Assembly (NCBI GenBank): GCA_017484235.1
Contig: JAFUTM010000040.1
Coordinates: forward strand, 1 to 37,922
Origin: Selenomonadaceae bacterium
GTDB taxonomy: Bacteria; Bacillota; Negativicutes; Selenomonadales; Selenomonadaceae
Length of the DNA stretch: 37,922 nt
Direction: 5' to 3'
Under the pieces are notes generated by a model that saw nothing but the letters and a program-made list of their open reading frames with translations, was not told the DNA's origin and searched no databases. Both the position numbers and the translations under genes were made by a program. Below, piece after piece: positions 1 through 7,002 of the stretch; position 1 is the stretch's first letter; each line of letters starts with the position of its first letter.

Positions 1-152
1 AACGCGCAAATGCTTAGCCCAACGGCGAAACAGTACCTAACGGCGAACCGACGGCGTACGCCGGAGGTAAGCCAATGATGTAAGCCCGACGGTGTAAACC
101 GGAGGTAACATCTAAAGGTGGGCGTCGAGCCTAACGGTAGCACAAAAAGAAA
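1..152 (+). ncRNA. Possible 3' part of a structured RNA or 3' UTR, cut by the window edge
   Basis: All three plus frames close within about 75 nt. Two tandem related hairpins, CGGC-GTAC-GCCG-GAGGTAA and CGGT-GTAA-ACCG-GAGGTAA, show a compensatory C/T:G/A change. The motif AACGGCGAA is repeated, and a strong terminator follows directly. No known RNA family recognised. Confidence 0.2.
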
Positions 153-184
153 CCACGTGTATGGAAACATATGCGTGGTTTTTT
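153..184 (+). terminator. Rho-independent terminator (potentially bidirectional)
   Basis: 11-bp stem ccacgtgtatg/catatgcgtgg with a gaaa loop, followed by TTTTTT and preceded by an A-run. Confidence 0.75.
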
Positions 185-297
185 AATTAGGAATTATGAA
201 TTATGAATAAAAAGCGTTACTCCAATTCAACATTCCTCATTTCTCATTCCTCATTAGAAAATATTCCTCATTCCTCATTCGTCATTCCTAATTGAAT
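185..297. repeat. Heptamer-period array 1 (AATTAGG/AATTATG arm, spacer, then ATTCCTC/ATTCGTC/ATTCCTA arm)
   Basis: Read directly: aattagg aattatg aattatg at 185-205, and attcaac attcctc atttctc attcctc ... attcctc attcctc attcgtc attccta at 225-290. The two arms are in inverted orientation. Confidence 0.85.
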
Positions 298-426
298 AAA
301 TCGCCGAACAGGACGTGAGGCGCTCCCTCGAACGCGTCGTACGTGATGTACGACAGTGAGAGGTGACTTTCTGCTTCTCTTTGGTCACTCAAAGAGAAGT
401 CTGTAATTAAAAAACTTTGACTAAGC
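298..426. repeat. GC-rich dispersed repeat, copy A (joined to heptamer array 1)
   Basis: Shares with 6798-6961 the blocks AAATCGCCGAA, CGA(A/G)CGCGTCG(T/A)ACGTGA, TTTCTGCTTCTCTTTG-loop-CAAAGAGAAGTCT and A-rich-(A)CTTAGC. Contains hairpins gtcgtac/gtacgac and cttctcttt/aaagagaag (374-399). Confidence 0.6.
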
Positions 427-526
427 CTCTACCTACACCTTTAGAAGAAGTTGTGTATATGGGCAAAAAAATAAGCCGCACACATAAACGAAAAATATGC
501 ATGGACTAAGAATAAATTAACGATAA

Positions 527-976
527 TTAACGATTACGAAGGGACTTGGGCTTGTTGAAGATTTCTGACAAAATCATAGCGTCTAAGGCGTCAGCTTGCG
601 ACAAGTTTAAAACAGACGGAGACAAACACTCCTCTTTGTGCTGAGGCTCCGAGTGCGCCGAATAATCAACAGCCTGATTAACGGAATTAACAGAAGAGCG
701 CGACTGAATCAAATTCTGACGCTTGGCGTATAACTCAGCAACATCATTAACGCGATCAAGCTGAATGACCTCAGCAGACGGGTCGGACGCCGACAGCGAT
801 TTAGGCTTAGACATATCAGGATCATTGGCGAGAGTTGGAATCTCAAAAGGAGCCGGCGCACCTGAAGAGTGAGACAAATCGGGCGGCGGCAGAGGCGGTT
901 TATGTCTGCGGGCGAACGCCTCAAACAGAGCGATTGCCATCCACAATAAAAATACAAATGAAAAGATGTCGTCCAT
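527..976 (-). CDS. Hypothetical membrane-anchored protein (N-terminal TM helix, Pro-rich linker), last gene of the nfeD-floA operon
   Basis: ORF 527..988. The ATG at 976 follows AGGTGG with 8-nt spacing. It starts 26 nt after the floA stop. No family recognised. Confidence 0.55.
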   Translation of the reverse strand: MDDIFSFVFLLWMAIALFEAFARRHKPPLPPPDLSHSSGAPAPFEIPTLANDPDMSKPKSLSASDPSAEVIQLDRVNDVAELYAKRQNLIQSRSSVNSVNQAVDYSAHSEPQHKEECLSPSVLNLSQADALDAMILSEIFNKPKSLRNR

Positions 977-1001
977 AAAAAACACCACCTGTCAATCCGA
1001 A

Positions 1002-1991
1002 TCAAATAATCTTGCTGTCACTGCCGCGAATTTTGTCGGACTTGCCGGCGTGAGAGATAGCGTTGCGCATCTCCGTGTCGGACTGCACATTCATCATGTT
1101 GTAGTAGTCCATAACGCCGAGCTTACCTTCACGTAAAGCGGCGGCCATAGCGTGAGGCACCTCCGCCTGCGCCTCGACAACTTTAGCTTCCATTTCCTGA
1201 GTGTAGGCCTTCATCTCCTGCTCTTGAGCGATAGCCATAGCGCGGCGTTCTTCCGCCTTCGCCTGAGCAATCTTCTTGTCAGCCTCCGCCTGGTCAGTCT
1301 GGAGCTGCGCCCCGATGTTTCTACCGACGTCAACATCAGCAATATCAATCGACAAAATCTCAAAGGCAGTGCCGGCGTCGAGACCTTTGCCCAAAACAAC
1401 TTTAGAAATCTCGTCTGGACTTTCCAAAACATCAGTATGCTTCTCCGCGCTGCCAACGGTCGTTACAATGCCTTCACCAACGCGGGCAATGACCGTCGGC
1501 TCACCGGCACCACCGACGAGGCGGTCAATATTAGCGCGAACCGTGACACGCGCCTTGATTCTAAGCTCGATACCATTCTTAGCGACAGCGGATACAATCG
1601 GAGTTTCAATGACCTTTGGATTGACGCTCATCTGCACAGCCTCAAGGACATCACGACCGGCCAAGTCAATAGCCGCCGCCCTTTCAAACGGTAGACCGAT
1701 TTCAGCACGCTGCGAGGCAATGAGGGCGTCAACAACCTTGTCAACGTTTCCGCCGGCGAGGTAGTGAGCTTCGAGCTGATTAACGTTGACGCTGAGGCCG
1801 GCCTTATTGGCCTTGATGAGCGGCATAATAATTTTGGACGGCGGCACACGACGCATACGCATACCGACGAGAGTAAATATGCCGACGTGTACATCAGCGG
1901 CGAGAGCGGAAATCCACAGCCCGATTGGTACAAAGTGTAAGAACACTGAGGACATAACGATAATAAACAACAAAGTGAAAATAAATTCCAT
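1002..1991 (-). CDS. floA: Flotillin-like protein FloA (YqfA/UPF0365 family)
   Basis: Near-colinear match to my recollection of B. subtilis FloA ([86 protein letters not shown]). The ATG at 1991 is preferred because GGAG lies inside the longer ORF start at 2006. Confidence 0.93.
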   Translation of the reverse strand: MEFIFTLLFIIVMSSVFLHFVPIGLWISALAADVHVGIFTLVGMRMRRVPPSKIIMPLIKANKAGLSVNVNQLEAHYLAGGNVDKVVDALIASQRAEIGLPFERAAAIDLAGRDVLEAVQMSVNPKVIETPIVSAVAKNGIELRIKARVTVRANIDRLVGGAGEPTVIARVGEGIVTTVGSAEKHTDVLESPDEISKVVLGKGLDAGTAFEILSIDIADVDVGRNIGAQLQTDQAEADKKIAQAKAEERRAMAIAQEQEMKAYTQEMEAKVVEAQAEVPHAMAAALREGKLGVMDYYNMMNVQSDTEMRNAISHAGKSDKIRGSDSKII

Positions 1992-2009
1992 ACTAAAACA
2001 CTCCAAACT

Positions 2010-2089
2010 AATGAGGAATGTTGAATGAGGAATGCTGAATTATTGTAAATGTTTATTCCTAATTCACAATTCCTAATTCCTAATTAAAT
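2010..2089. repeat. Heptamer-period array 2 (fills the nfeD-floA intercistronic spacer)
   Basis: aatgagg aatgttg aatgagg aatgctg aattatt, a spacer, then attccta attcaca attccta attccta. The last unit overlaps the nfeD stop codon. Confidence 0.85.
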
Positions 2090-2464
2090 TCGTCGTACGA
2101 GGACGCGGCTGCTGTCGACTTTGATGATTTTGACGATGTCGCCTTTTTTAACGAAGTCGCCTTCCGTAACAACGTCCACCGGATCGCCCTCAACGGTCAC
2201 AGTGCCGGCCGGCCTCAAGTCAGTGGCACAAACGGCAATTGCGCCGAGCAGCTCCGCCTTATTCTTAGTGCCGGTGTAGCCGTCGCGATTGCGCTGCTTT
2301 TCGTCAAGAACCAGCCCGTCCATAAGGTTATCCTTTTTACCGGAGCCATAGTTTTCAATCAGAGCGAACATAAAGATGCCGACGAGAAAGACCGCCGTCA
2401 TCGTGTAAAAGCCAACAGACAGAATCATTGCGCTGATGCTTGCTCCGAGATTAATGTCTAACAT
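2084..2464 (-). CDS. NfeD-family membrane protein (TM region + C-terminal OB-fold)
   Basis: Hydrophobic N-terminus and a C-terminal motif G.V.V.G....V.......G..V.I..V......V typical of the NfeD C-domain. It sits immediately upstream of floA, the canonical NfeD-flotillin pairing. Confidence 0.75.
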   Translation of the reverse strand: MLDINLGASISAMILSVGFYTMTAVFLVGIFMFALIENYGSGKKDNLMDGLVLDEKQRNRDGYTGTKNKAELLGAIAVCATDLRPAGTVTVEGDPVDVVTEGDFVKKGDIVKIIKVDSSRVLVRRI

Positions 2465-2510
2465 AATTAACCCGCCTTTCCGAGAAGGGCAGCGTTGTCA
2501 CCCTTCACTT

Positions 2511-3884
2511 TTATATATTTTTATTATGTTTTTGATAATGATAAGCGGCGAATATGGCCGCCAGCCAGAGTGGCAAGATGATAACCGCGAGCCTCATTTC
2601 GTCAATCGTGGTCATAAGTGCCAATATACCAATCAGAGCGGCCAGGCACAGGTAGTTGGCGAATGGATAAAGCAGCGCTGGGAATTTGGTCACGTGTCCG
2701 GTTGAGGTGCAGTGTGCACGGAACTTTAAATGAGTTATAACAATCATTGCCCAGCTGAGGACGACGGCGCCGGTGACGATGGACATCAGATACATAAAAA
2801 TCTGACCAGGAAAGAAGAAGTTGAGCGCGACGACCAGCAGAGTTATACCGGACGAAAGTAATATACCGTTGACCGGAACGCGACGGCTTGACAATTTGGC
2901 TAAAAACTTAGGCGCGTTATTACTTTGAGCCAGGCCGTAGAGCATACGTGAGTTGCTGTAGATTGCCGAGTTGTAGACGCTGGCGGCGGCAGTCAGCACG
3001 ACAAAGTTTAAGATGTTGGCGGCGGCCGGTATACCGACGTTGTCGAAGATTTGAACAAACGGGCTTGCCTCCGTGCCGACTTCCTTCCAGGACCACAGCG
3101 ACATAAGGACAAGCATTGTGCCGACGTAGAATATTAGGATACGGTAGATGACCTGGTGGATTGCACGCGGAATGGTCTTGTCAGGATTCTCAGCTTCGCC
3201 GGCGGTGATGCCGATGAGTTCAATGCCGCCAAAGCTGAACATAACAGGCACGATTGACAGCATTGTGCTCCACGCGCCGTTCGGAAAGAAACCGCCGTTT
3301 GCCCAGAGGTTGCTAAAGTTCTCTGGGAAAGGCCTTGCGTCTGTGAAGATGAGGTACAGGCCAAGCACAATCATAAATATAATTGCGGAAATCTTAATCA
3401 GTGCCATCCAAAATTCGACTTCGCCGTAGACGCTGACGGTTATGAGGTTTATGGCGGTTATGATGATGAGGCAGACCAACGCGCTAATCCACTGCGGCAA
3501 GTCCGGCAGCCAATACGCAACGTAGATACTGACAGCGGCAAGCTCAGCCATACTGACGAAGATGTATAAAAACCAATAGTTCCAGCCGGCCAGAAAGCCT
3601 GGAAACTCGCCCCAATACTTAGTGGCGTAGTAGCTGAAGGAGCCGGACACCGGTTCATCGACTGACATCTCACCGAGCATTCTCACTATTAGAAATACGA
3701 TAATGCCGCCGACCAGGTAACTCAGCGAGACCGCAGGGCCGGCCAGCGCGATTGTTGAAGTGGAGCCGTAAAAGAGGCCGGTGCCGACGGCCGTGCCAAG
3801 TGCAATCATCTGCAGGTGGCGGTTCTTAAGCCCACGATTCATTTCGTTATTGTTTTCAGATTTAATTTCAGATATTTTAATCAC
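2511..3884 (-). CDS. Amino-acid permease, APC superfamily (AroP/CycA/GabP-like)
   Basis: N-terminal signature L.NRHLQMIALGTAVGTGLF.GS and about 12 hydrophobic segments over 457 aa. GTG start. Substrate cannot be called. Confidence 0.88.
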   Translation of the reverse strand: MIKISEIKSENNNEMNRGLKNRHLQMIALGTAVGTGLFYGSTSTIALAGPAVSLSYLVGGIIVFLIVRMLGEMSVDEPVSGSFSYYATKYWGEFPGFLAGWNYWFLYIFVSMAELAAVSIYVAYWLPDLPQWISALVCLIIITAINLITVSVYGEVEFWMALIKISAIIFMIVLGLYLIFTDARPFPENFSNLWANGGFFPNGAWSTMLSIVPVMFSFGGIELIGITAGEAENPDKTIPRAIHQVIYRILIFYVGTMLVLMSLWSWKEVGTEASPFVQIFDNVGIPAAANILNFVVLTAAASVYNSAIYSNSRMLYGLAQSNNAPKFLAKLSSRRVPVNGILLSSGITLLVVALNFFFPGQIFMYLMSIVTGAVVLSWAMIVITHLKFRAHCTSTGHVTKFPALLYPFANYLCLAALIGILALMTTIDEMRLAVIILPLWLAAIFAAYHYQKHNKNI

Positions 3885-3922
3885 CCTTGTATATTATAAC
3901 ATAAGTATTCTTAGATAAACAA

Positions 3923-3960
3923 TATCTCCAGACAGAATTTTTACGCCCTGCCTGGAGATA
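3923..3960 (-). terminator. Hairpin downstream of the LDH-like gene (putative terminator)
   Basis: 9-bp stem tatctccag/ctggagata with a 20-nt loop. On the minus strand it is followed by uuguuuauc. Confidence 0.4.
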
Positions 3961-4007
3961 CTTTTAGTTATTGTAGTTATTTATTCAAATTATTTAGTTC
4001 CGAGTTA

Positions 4008-4964
4008 TTATTTGATGCCTGCGCCAGTGAGAGCACCACGAACTGACTGAGCGGCCTTGTTCATCTTCTCAAGTTCGTCATCGGTAAGATGAACTTCAAA
4101 TACACGCATAATACCGTCAGCGCAAATCATACGCGGCATTGAGAGAGCGACGTCCTTAATGCCATACTCGCCATTCATAACGGCAGAAGCTGGGAGAATG
4201 GTGTGCTCATCATAAAGTACGCTCTTAACGAAGCGGCAAGCTGCCATTGCGACACCAGTGTTTGTGTAGCCTTTGCGATTGATAACATCGTAAGCGACCT
4301 GAACGAGTTCCTGTTCAACAGCGGCTTTATCGAGAGGAGTTGTGTGGTGGAAGTACTCGTCGAGTTTCTCAAGTGGGAAGCCCGCGCAGCCTGTGGTTGA
4401 CCAAGCAACGAAAGCTGCATTGCCGTGCTCACCGAGAACATAACCGTTGATGTTCTTCGGGTCGACTTCGTATTTGTTAGCAAGAATACGGCGGAAACGA
4501 TAAGTTTCAAGCATAGTGCCTGTGCCGAGAATCTTCTCACGTGGATAATCAAACTGAGTGCTGACAACATAAGTTGCAACGTCAAGCGGATTGGTAATAA
4601 GAATAATGACAGCATCTTTCGTGCGTTCCTGAACCTGTCCAAAGACGGAGTTCATGATTTTAGCATTAGTGCCAGCGAGTTTAAGTCTGTCTGGAGTTTC
4701 GCCTGGACGAATTGACGGACCAGCACAAATGATTACGATGTTGGCATCTTTACAATCATCATAATCACCTTGATGTATTTTAATGTTGGTGCTGTAGATA
4801 CAAGCGGTTGCGTGGCTTGAATCGGTTGCTTCGCCCCAAGCTTTGTCGGTGTTGAGGTCGATAAGGACTATTTCGGACGCGAGCTGGAAGTCAGCAATCT
4901 TATTGACAACAGCTGAACCAACATTTGATGTACCAATGACGACGATCTTTCTGCGATTATTCAT
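4008..4964 (-). CDS. L-2-hydroxyacid dehydrogenase of the LDH/MDH family (L-lactate or L-2-hydroxyisocaproate dehydrogenase-like)
   Basis: Rossmann motif KIVVIGTSNVGS. Also IVIICAGPSIRPGETPDRLKL, ITNPLDV, GTGT.LET.R.R and GEHGN motifs. 318 aa. Confidence 0.85.
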   Translation of the reverse strand: MNNRRKIVVIGTSNVGSAVVNKIADFQLASEIVLIDLNTDKAWGEATDSSHATACIYSTNIKIHQGDYDDCKDANIVIICAGPSIRPGETPDRLKLAGTNAKIMNSVFGQVQERTKDAVIILITNPLDVATYVVSTQFDYPREKILGTGTMLETYRFRRILANKYEVDPKNINGYVLGEHGNAAFVAWSTTGCAGFPLEKLDEYFHHTTPLDKAAVEQELVQVAYDVINRKGYTNTGVAMAACRFVKSVLYDEHTILPASAVMNGEYGIKDVALSMPRMICADGIMRVFEVHLTDDELEKMNKAAQSVRGALTGAGIK

Positions 4965-5094
4965 TACAAAATCCTCCTAACAAACAATCAAATTTTACAA
5001 AATTTTAAAGTTAAAATTAACTTTTACACTAGTATTAGTTTAAACCTTTTAAGGCTAAATTGTCAAGATATTTCTGAAAATTTTTTTGTCACAT

Positions 5095-5129
5095 AAAAAG
5101 CGTCCAACTTGTTTAAGAGTTGAAACGCT
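5095..5129 (-). terminator. Rho-independent terminator after serA
   Basis: Stem agcgtccaact/agttgaaacgct (includes wobble pairs). The minus-strand U-run corresponds to the plus-strand A-run at 5095-5099. Confidence 0.55.
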
Positions 5130-5151
5130 TCTTTATTATGCTTGTTGATTA

Positions 5152-6738
5152 TTAGACGGCGTAGAAGTTTACTAACTTAGCGTCGAAGATAACGTCGAGT
5201 GATTTAAACTCATTGAAGACGTCAAGTGGTATGTCATTGTCAATGGTCAGCACCATGAGGTTTTGGCCTTTGATGTCGGTTTTGCCGACGGCCATACTTG
5301 AGATGTTGATGCCGTGCCTGCCCATAAGCGAGCCGGCAGCACCTATAACGCCAGGCTTGTTGATGTGGAGGCAGATTAAAATGCGGGCGTGAGGGTCAAC
5401 GTCGACGCGGAACTTATTTATCTCAACGATACGGCCTTCATTGCCGAAGAGAGTTCCTTTAACGGAGCAAGTCTTATCGCCGGCCTGCGCCTTAACCGTG
5501 ATGAGGTTGGCGAAGTCCTCAACGTCCTTGCGCTTGACTTCGGTAATCTTAATGCCGCGTTCTTTGGCGAGCATAGGCGCATTGACGTAGTTCACTTCTT
5601 TTTCAAGCACCGGATTGAGCATACCTTTGATTACAGCGGTCGTCAGCAGTCCGGTGTTCACGGAAGTGATGTCGCCGTTGTAGGTGACTTCAACCTTTTT
5701 AATAGGACCTTCGGCGATTGAACAAATGGTGCAGCCTAAGCGTTCGGCGAGTGTGAGATATGGCGCAATGACTTTCATCACCTGCTGAGAGACCGGCGCC
5801 ATATTGACCGCCGTTGTGACCGGCTCGCCGTTGAGTGCGGCGCGGATACCTTTTGAGACGTCAAGAGATACACCAATCTGCGCTTCGACGGTTGAGGCTC
5901 CAAGATGAGGCGTCAATACAACATTCTTTAAGCCGATTAACGGGTGGTCTTTAGCAATCGGTTCATCAACGAACACGTCAATGGCGGCACCGGCAACGAT
6001 TCCGTCTTTAACCGCCTGCGCTAAATCCGCTTCGTTAATAATACCACCGCGAGCACAGTTGATTAGACGAACGCCGGTCTTCATCTGCTTCATCTGAGGC
6101 ATAGAAATCATATTTTTAGTGTCCGGCGTAAGCGGCATATGAACGGTGATGAAGTCCGAATTTTTAATGAGGTCCTCAAGCGGCACGACTTTAATGCCAA
6201 GCTCACTGGCGCGTTCTTCGTTGACGTAAGGGTCATAGCCGATAACATTCATCTCAAAACCGAGCGCACGCTTAGCAACGCCCATACCAATGCGGCCGAG
6301 ACCGATTACACCGAGAGTCTTGCCTTTGAGTTCAACGCCGATGTATTCTTTACGGTTCCATTCGCCGCGCTGCATAGTCTCGTTGGCAACCGGAATCTTG
6401 CGGCTCATCGCCAACATCATTGCCATTGTGTGCTCAGTTGCCGCAATCGTATTGCCGCCTGGCGAATTGATGACAATGATACCTTTGGCCGTCGCAGCCG
6501 GAATATCAATATTGTCAACACCGACACCGGCACGACCAATGATTTTAAGTTTGCTGGCGCGTTCGATAACCTCAGCAGTAACTTTAGAGGCAGAGCGAAC
6601 CATAAGGGCGTCATAGTCGCCAATTATGTCTAAGAGCTCCTCAGCAGAAAGTTTATCGCGAACGTCAACTTCAAATTCGTCGCGTAAAAGTTCAATACCC
6701 TTTTCAGAAATGCCGTCAGCGGCCAAAATCTTTTTCAT
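5152..6738 (-). CDS. serA: D-3-phosphoglycerate dehydrogenase (long form with C-terminal ASB/ACT domains)
   Basis: 528 aa. NAD motif GVIGLGRIGMGVAKRA, catalytic region CARGG...L..A, TPHLGAST, and a C-terminal ACT-like region. AGGAGA RBS. Confidence 0.92.
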   Translation of the reverse strand: MKKILAADGISEKGIELLRDEFEVDVRDKLSAEELLDIIGDYDALMVRSASKVTAEVIERASKLKIIGRAGVGVDNIDIPAATAKGIIVINSPGGNTIAATEHTMAMMLAMSRKIPVANETMQRGEWNRKEYIGVELKGKTLGVIGLGRIGMGVAKRALGFEMNVIGYDPYVNEERASELGIKVVPLEDLIKNSDFITVHMPLTPDTKNMISMPQMKQMKTGVRLINCARGGIINEADLAQAVKDGIVAGAAIDVFVDEPIAKDHPLIGLKNVVLTPHLGASTVEAQIGVSLDVSKGIRAALNGEPVTTAVNMAPVSQQVMKVIAPYLTLAERLGCTICSIAEGPIKKVEVTYNGDITSVNTGLLTTAVIKGMLNPVLEKEVNYVNAPMLAKERGIKITEVKRKDVEDFANLITVKAQAGDKTCSVKGTLFGNEGRIVEINKFRVDVDPHARILICLHINKPGVIGAAGSLMGRHGINISSMAVGKTDIKGQNLMVLTIDNDIPLDVFNEFKSLDVIFDAKLVNFYAV

Positions 6739-6755
6739 CGTTAAAAATCTCTCCT

Positions 6756-6797
6756 ATTCAATGCATAATTCGTAATTCATAATGTAATTCGTAATGA
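6756..6797. repeat. Heptamer-period array 3 (ATTCGTA/ATTCATA variants)
   Basis: attcaat..attcgta attcata..attcgta atgaaaa, immediately abutting the AAATCGCCGAAG start of GC-rich repeat copy B. Lies between the serA start and the upstream gene's stop. Confidence 0.7.
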
Positions 6798-6961
6798 AAA
6801 TCGCCGAAGCGTGATACTTCAACTTAACTTTTGAAAAATCCGCGAGCTGGATGCGAGCGGTCTCCGAGCGCGTCGAACGTGACGTGAGACCAGCGAGGCG
6901 GTTTTCTGCTTCTCTTTGTCCGCACAAAGAGAAGTCTCTATTTTAAAAAATTTAACTTAGC
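6798..6961. repeat. GC-rich dispersed repeat, copy B (joined to heptamer array 3)
   Basis: Same conserved blocks as 298-426. Hairpins ggtctc/gagacc and cttctctttg/caaagagaag (6909-6934). Carries about 35 extra nt relative to copy A. Confidence 0.6.
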
Positions 6962-7002
6962 AACTAATATAAACTTTAAAAATAATCACTTTAACTCAGC
7001 CC

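Noticed and set aside
100-150. T-box, M-box or other riboswitch, or an RNase P/tmRNA fragment, at the left edge
   Set aside because: AAAGGTGGGCGTCGAG only loosely resembles the T-box GGGTGGTACCGCG. No gene follows on the plus strand. I could not find the conserved cores of RNase P (ACAGAA..CGGCTTA) or tmRNA (a tRNA-like 3' end).
185-297. Heptamer arrays as CRISPR arrays or as simple terminators
   Set aside because: The period is 7 nt with no spacers and no cas genes, so this is not CRISPR. Arm complementarity is mostly 4 of 7 per unit and U-tracts are absent, so most copies are not canonical intrinsic terminators.
709-1005. 98-aa minus-strand ORF overlapping orf149 in another frame
   Set aside because: It overlaps the better-supported frame, which has an AGGTGG RBS, a TM helix and operon spacing. 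It has no RBS and an Arg/Leu/Cys-rich composition.
1152-1764. Long plus-strand ORFs (1152..1694, 1276..1764), plus 1211..1456 and 1628..1933 on other frames, overlapping floA
   Set aside because: floA on the minus strand has near-full-length similarity to characterised FloA. The overlapping translations are low-complexity (Leu/Ser/Arg-rich) and lack RBSs. They are typical shadow ORFs of a GC-richer gene.
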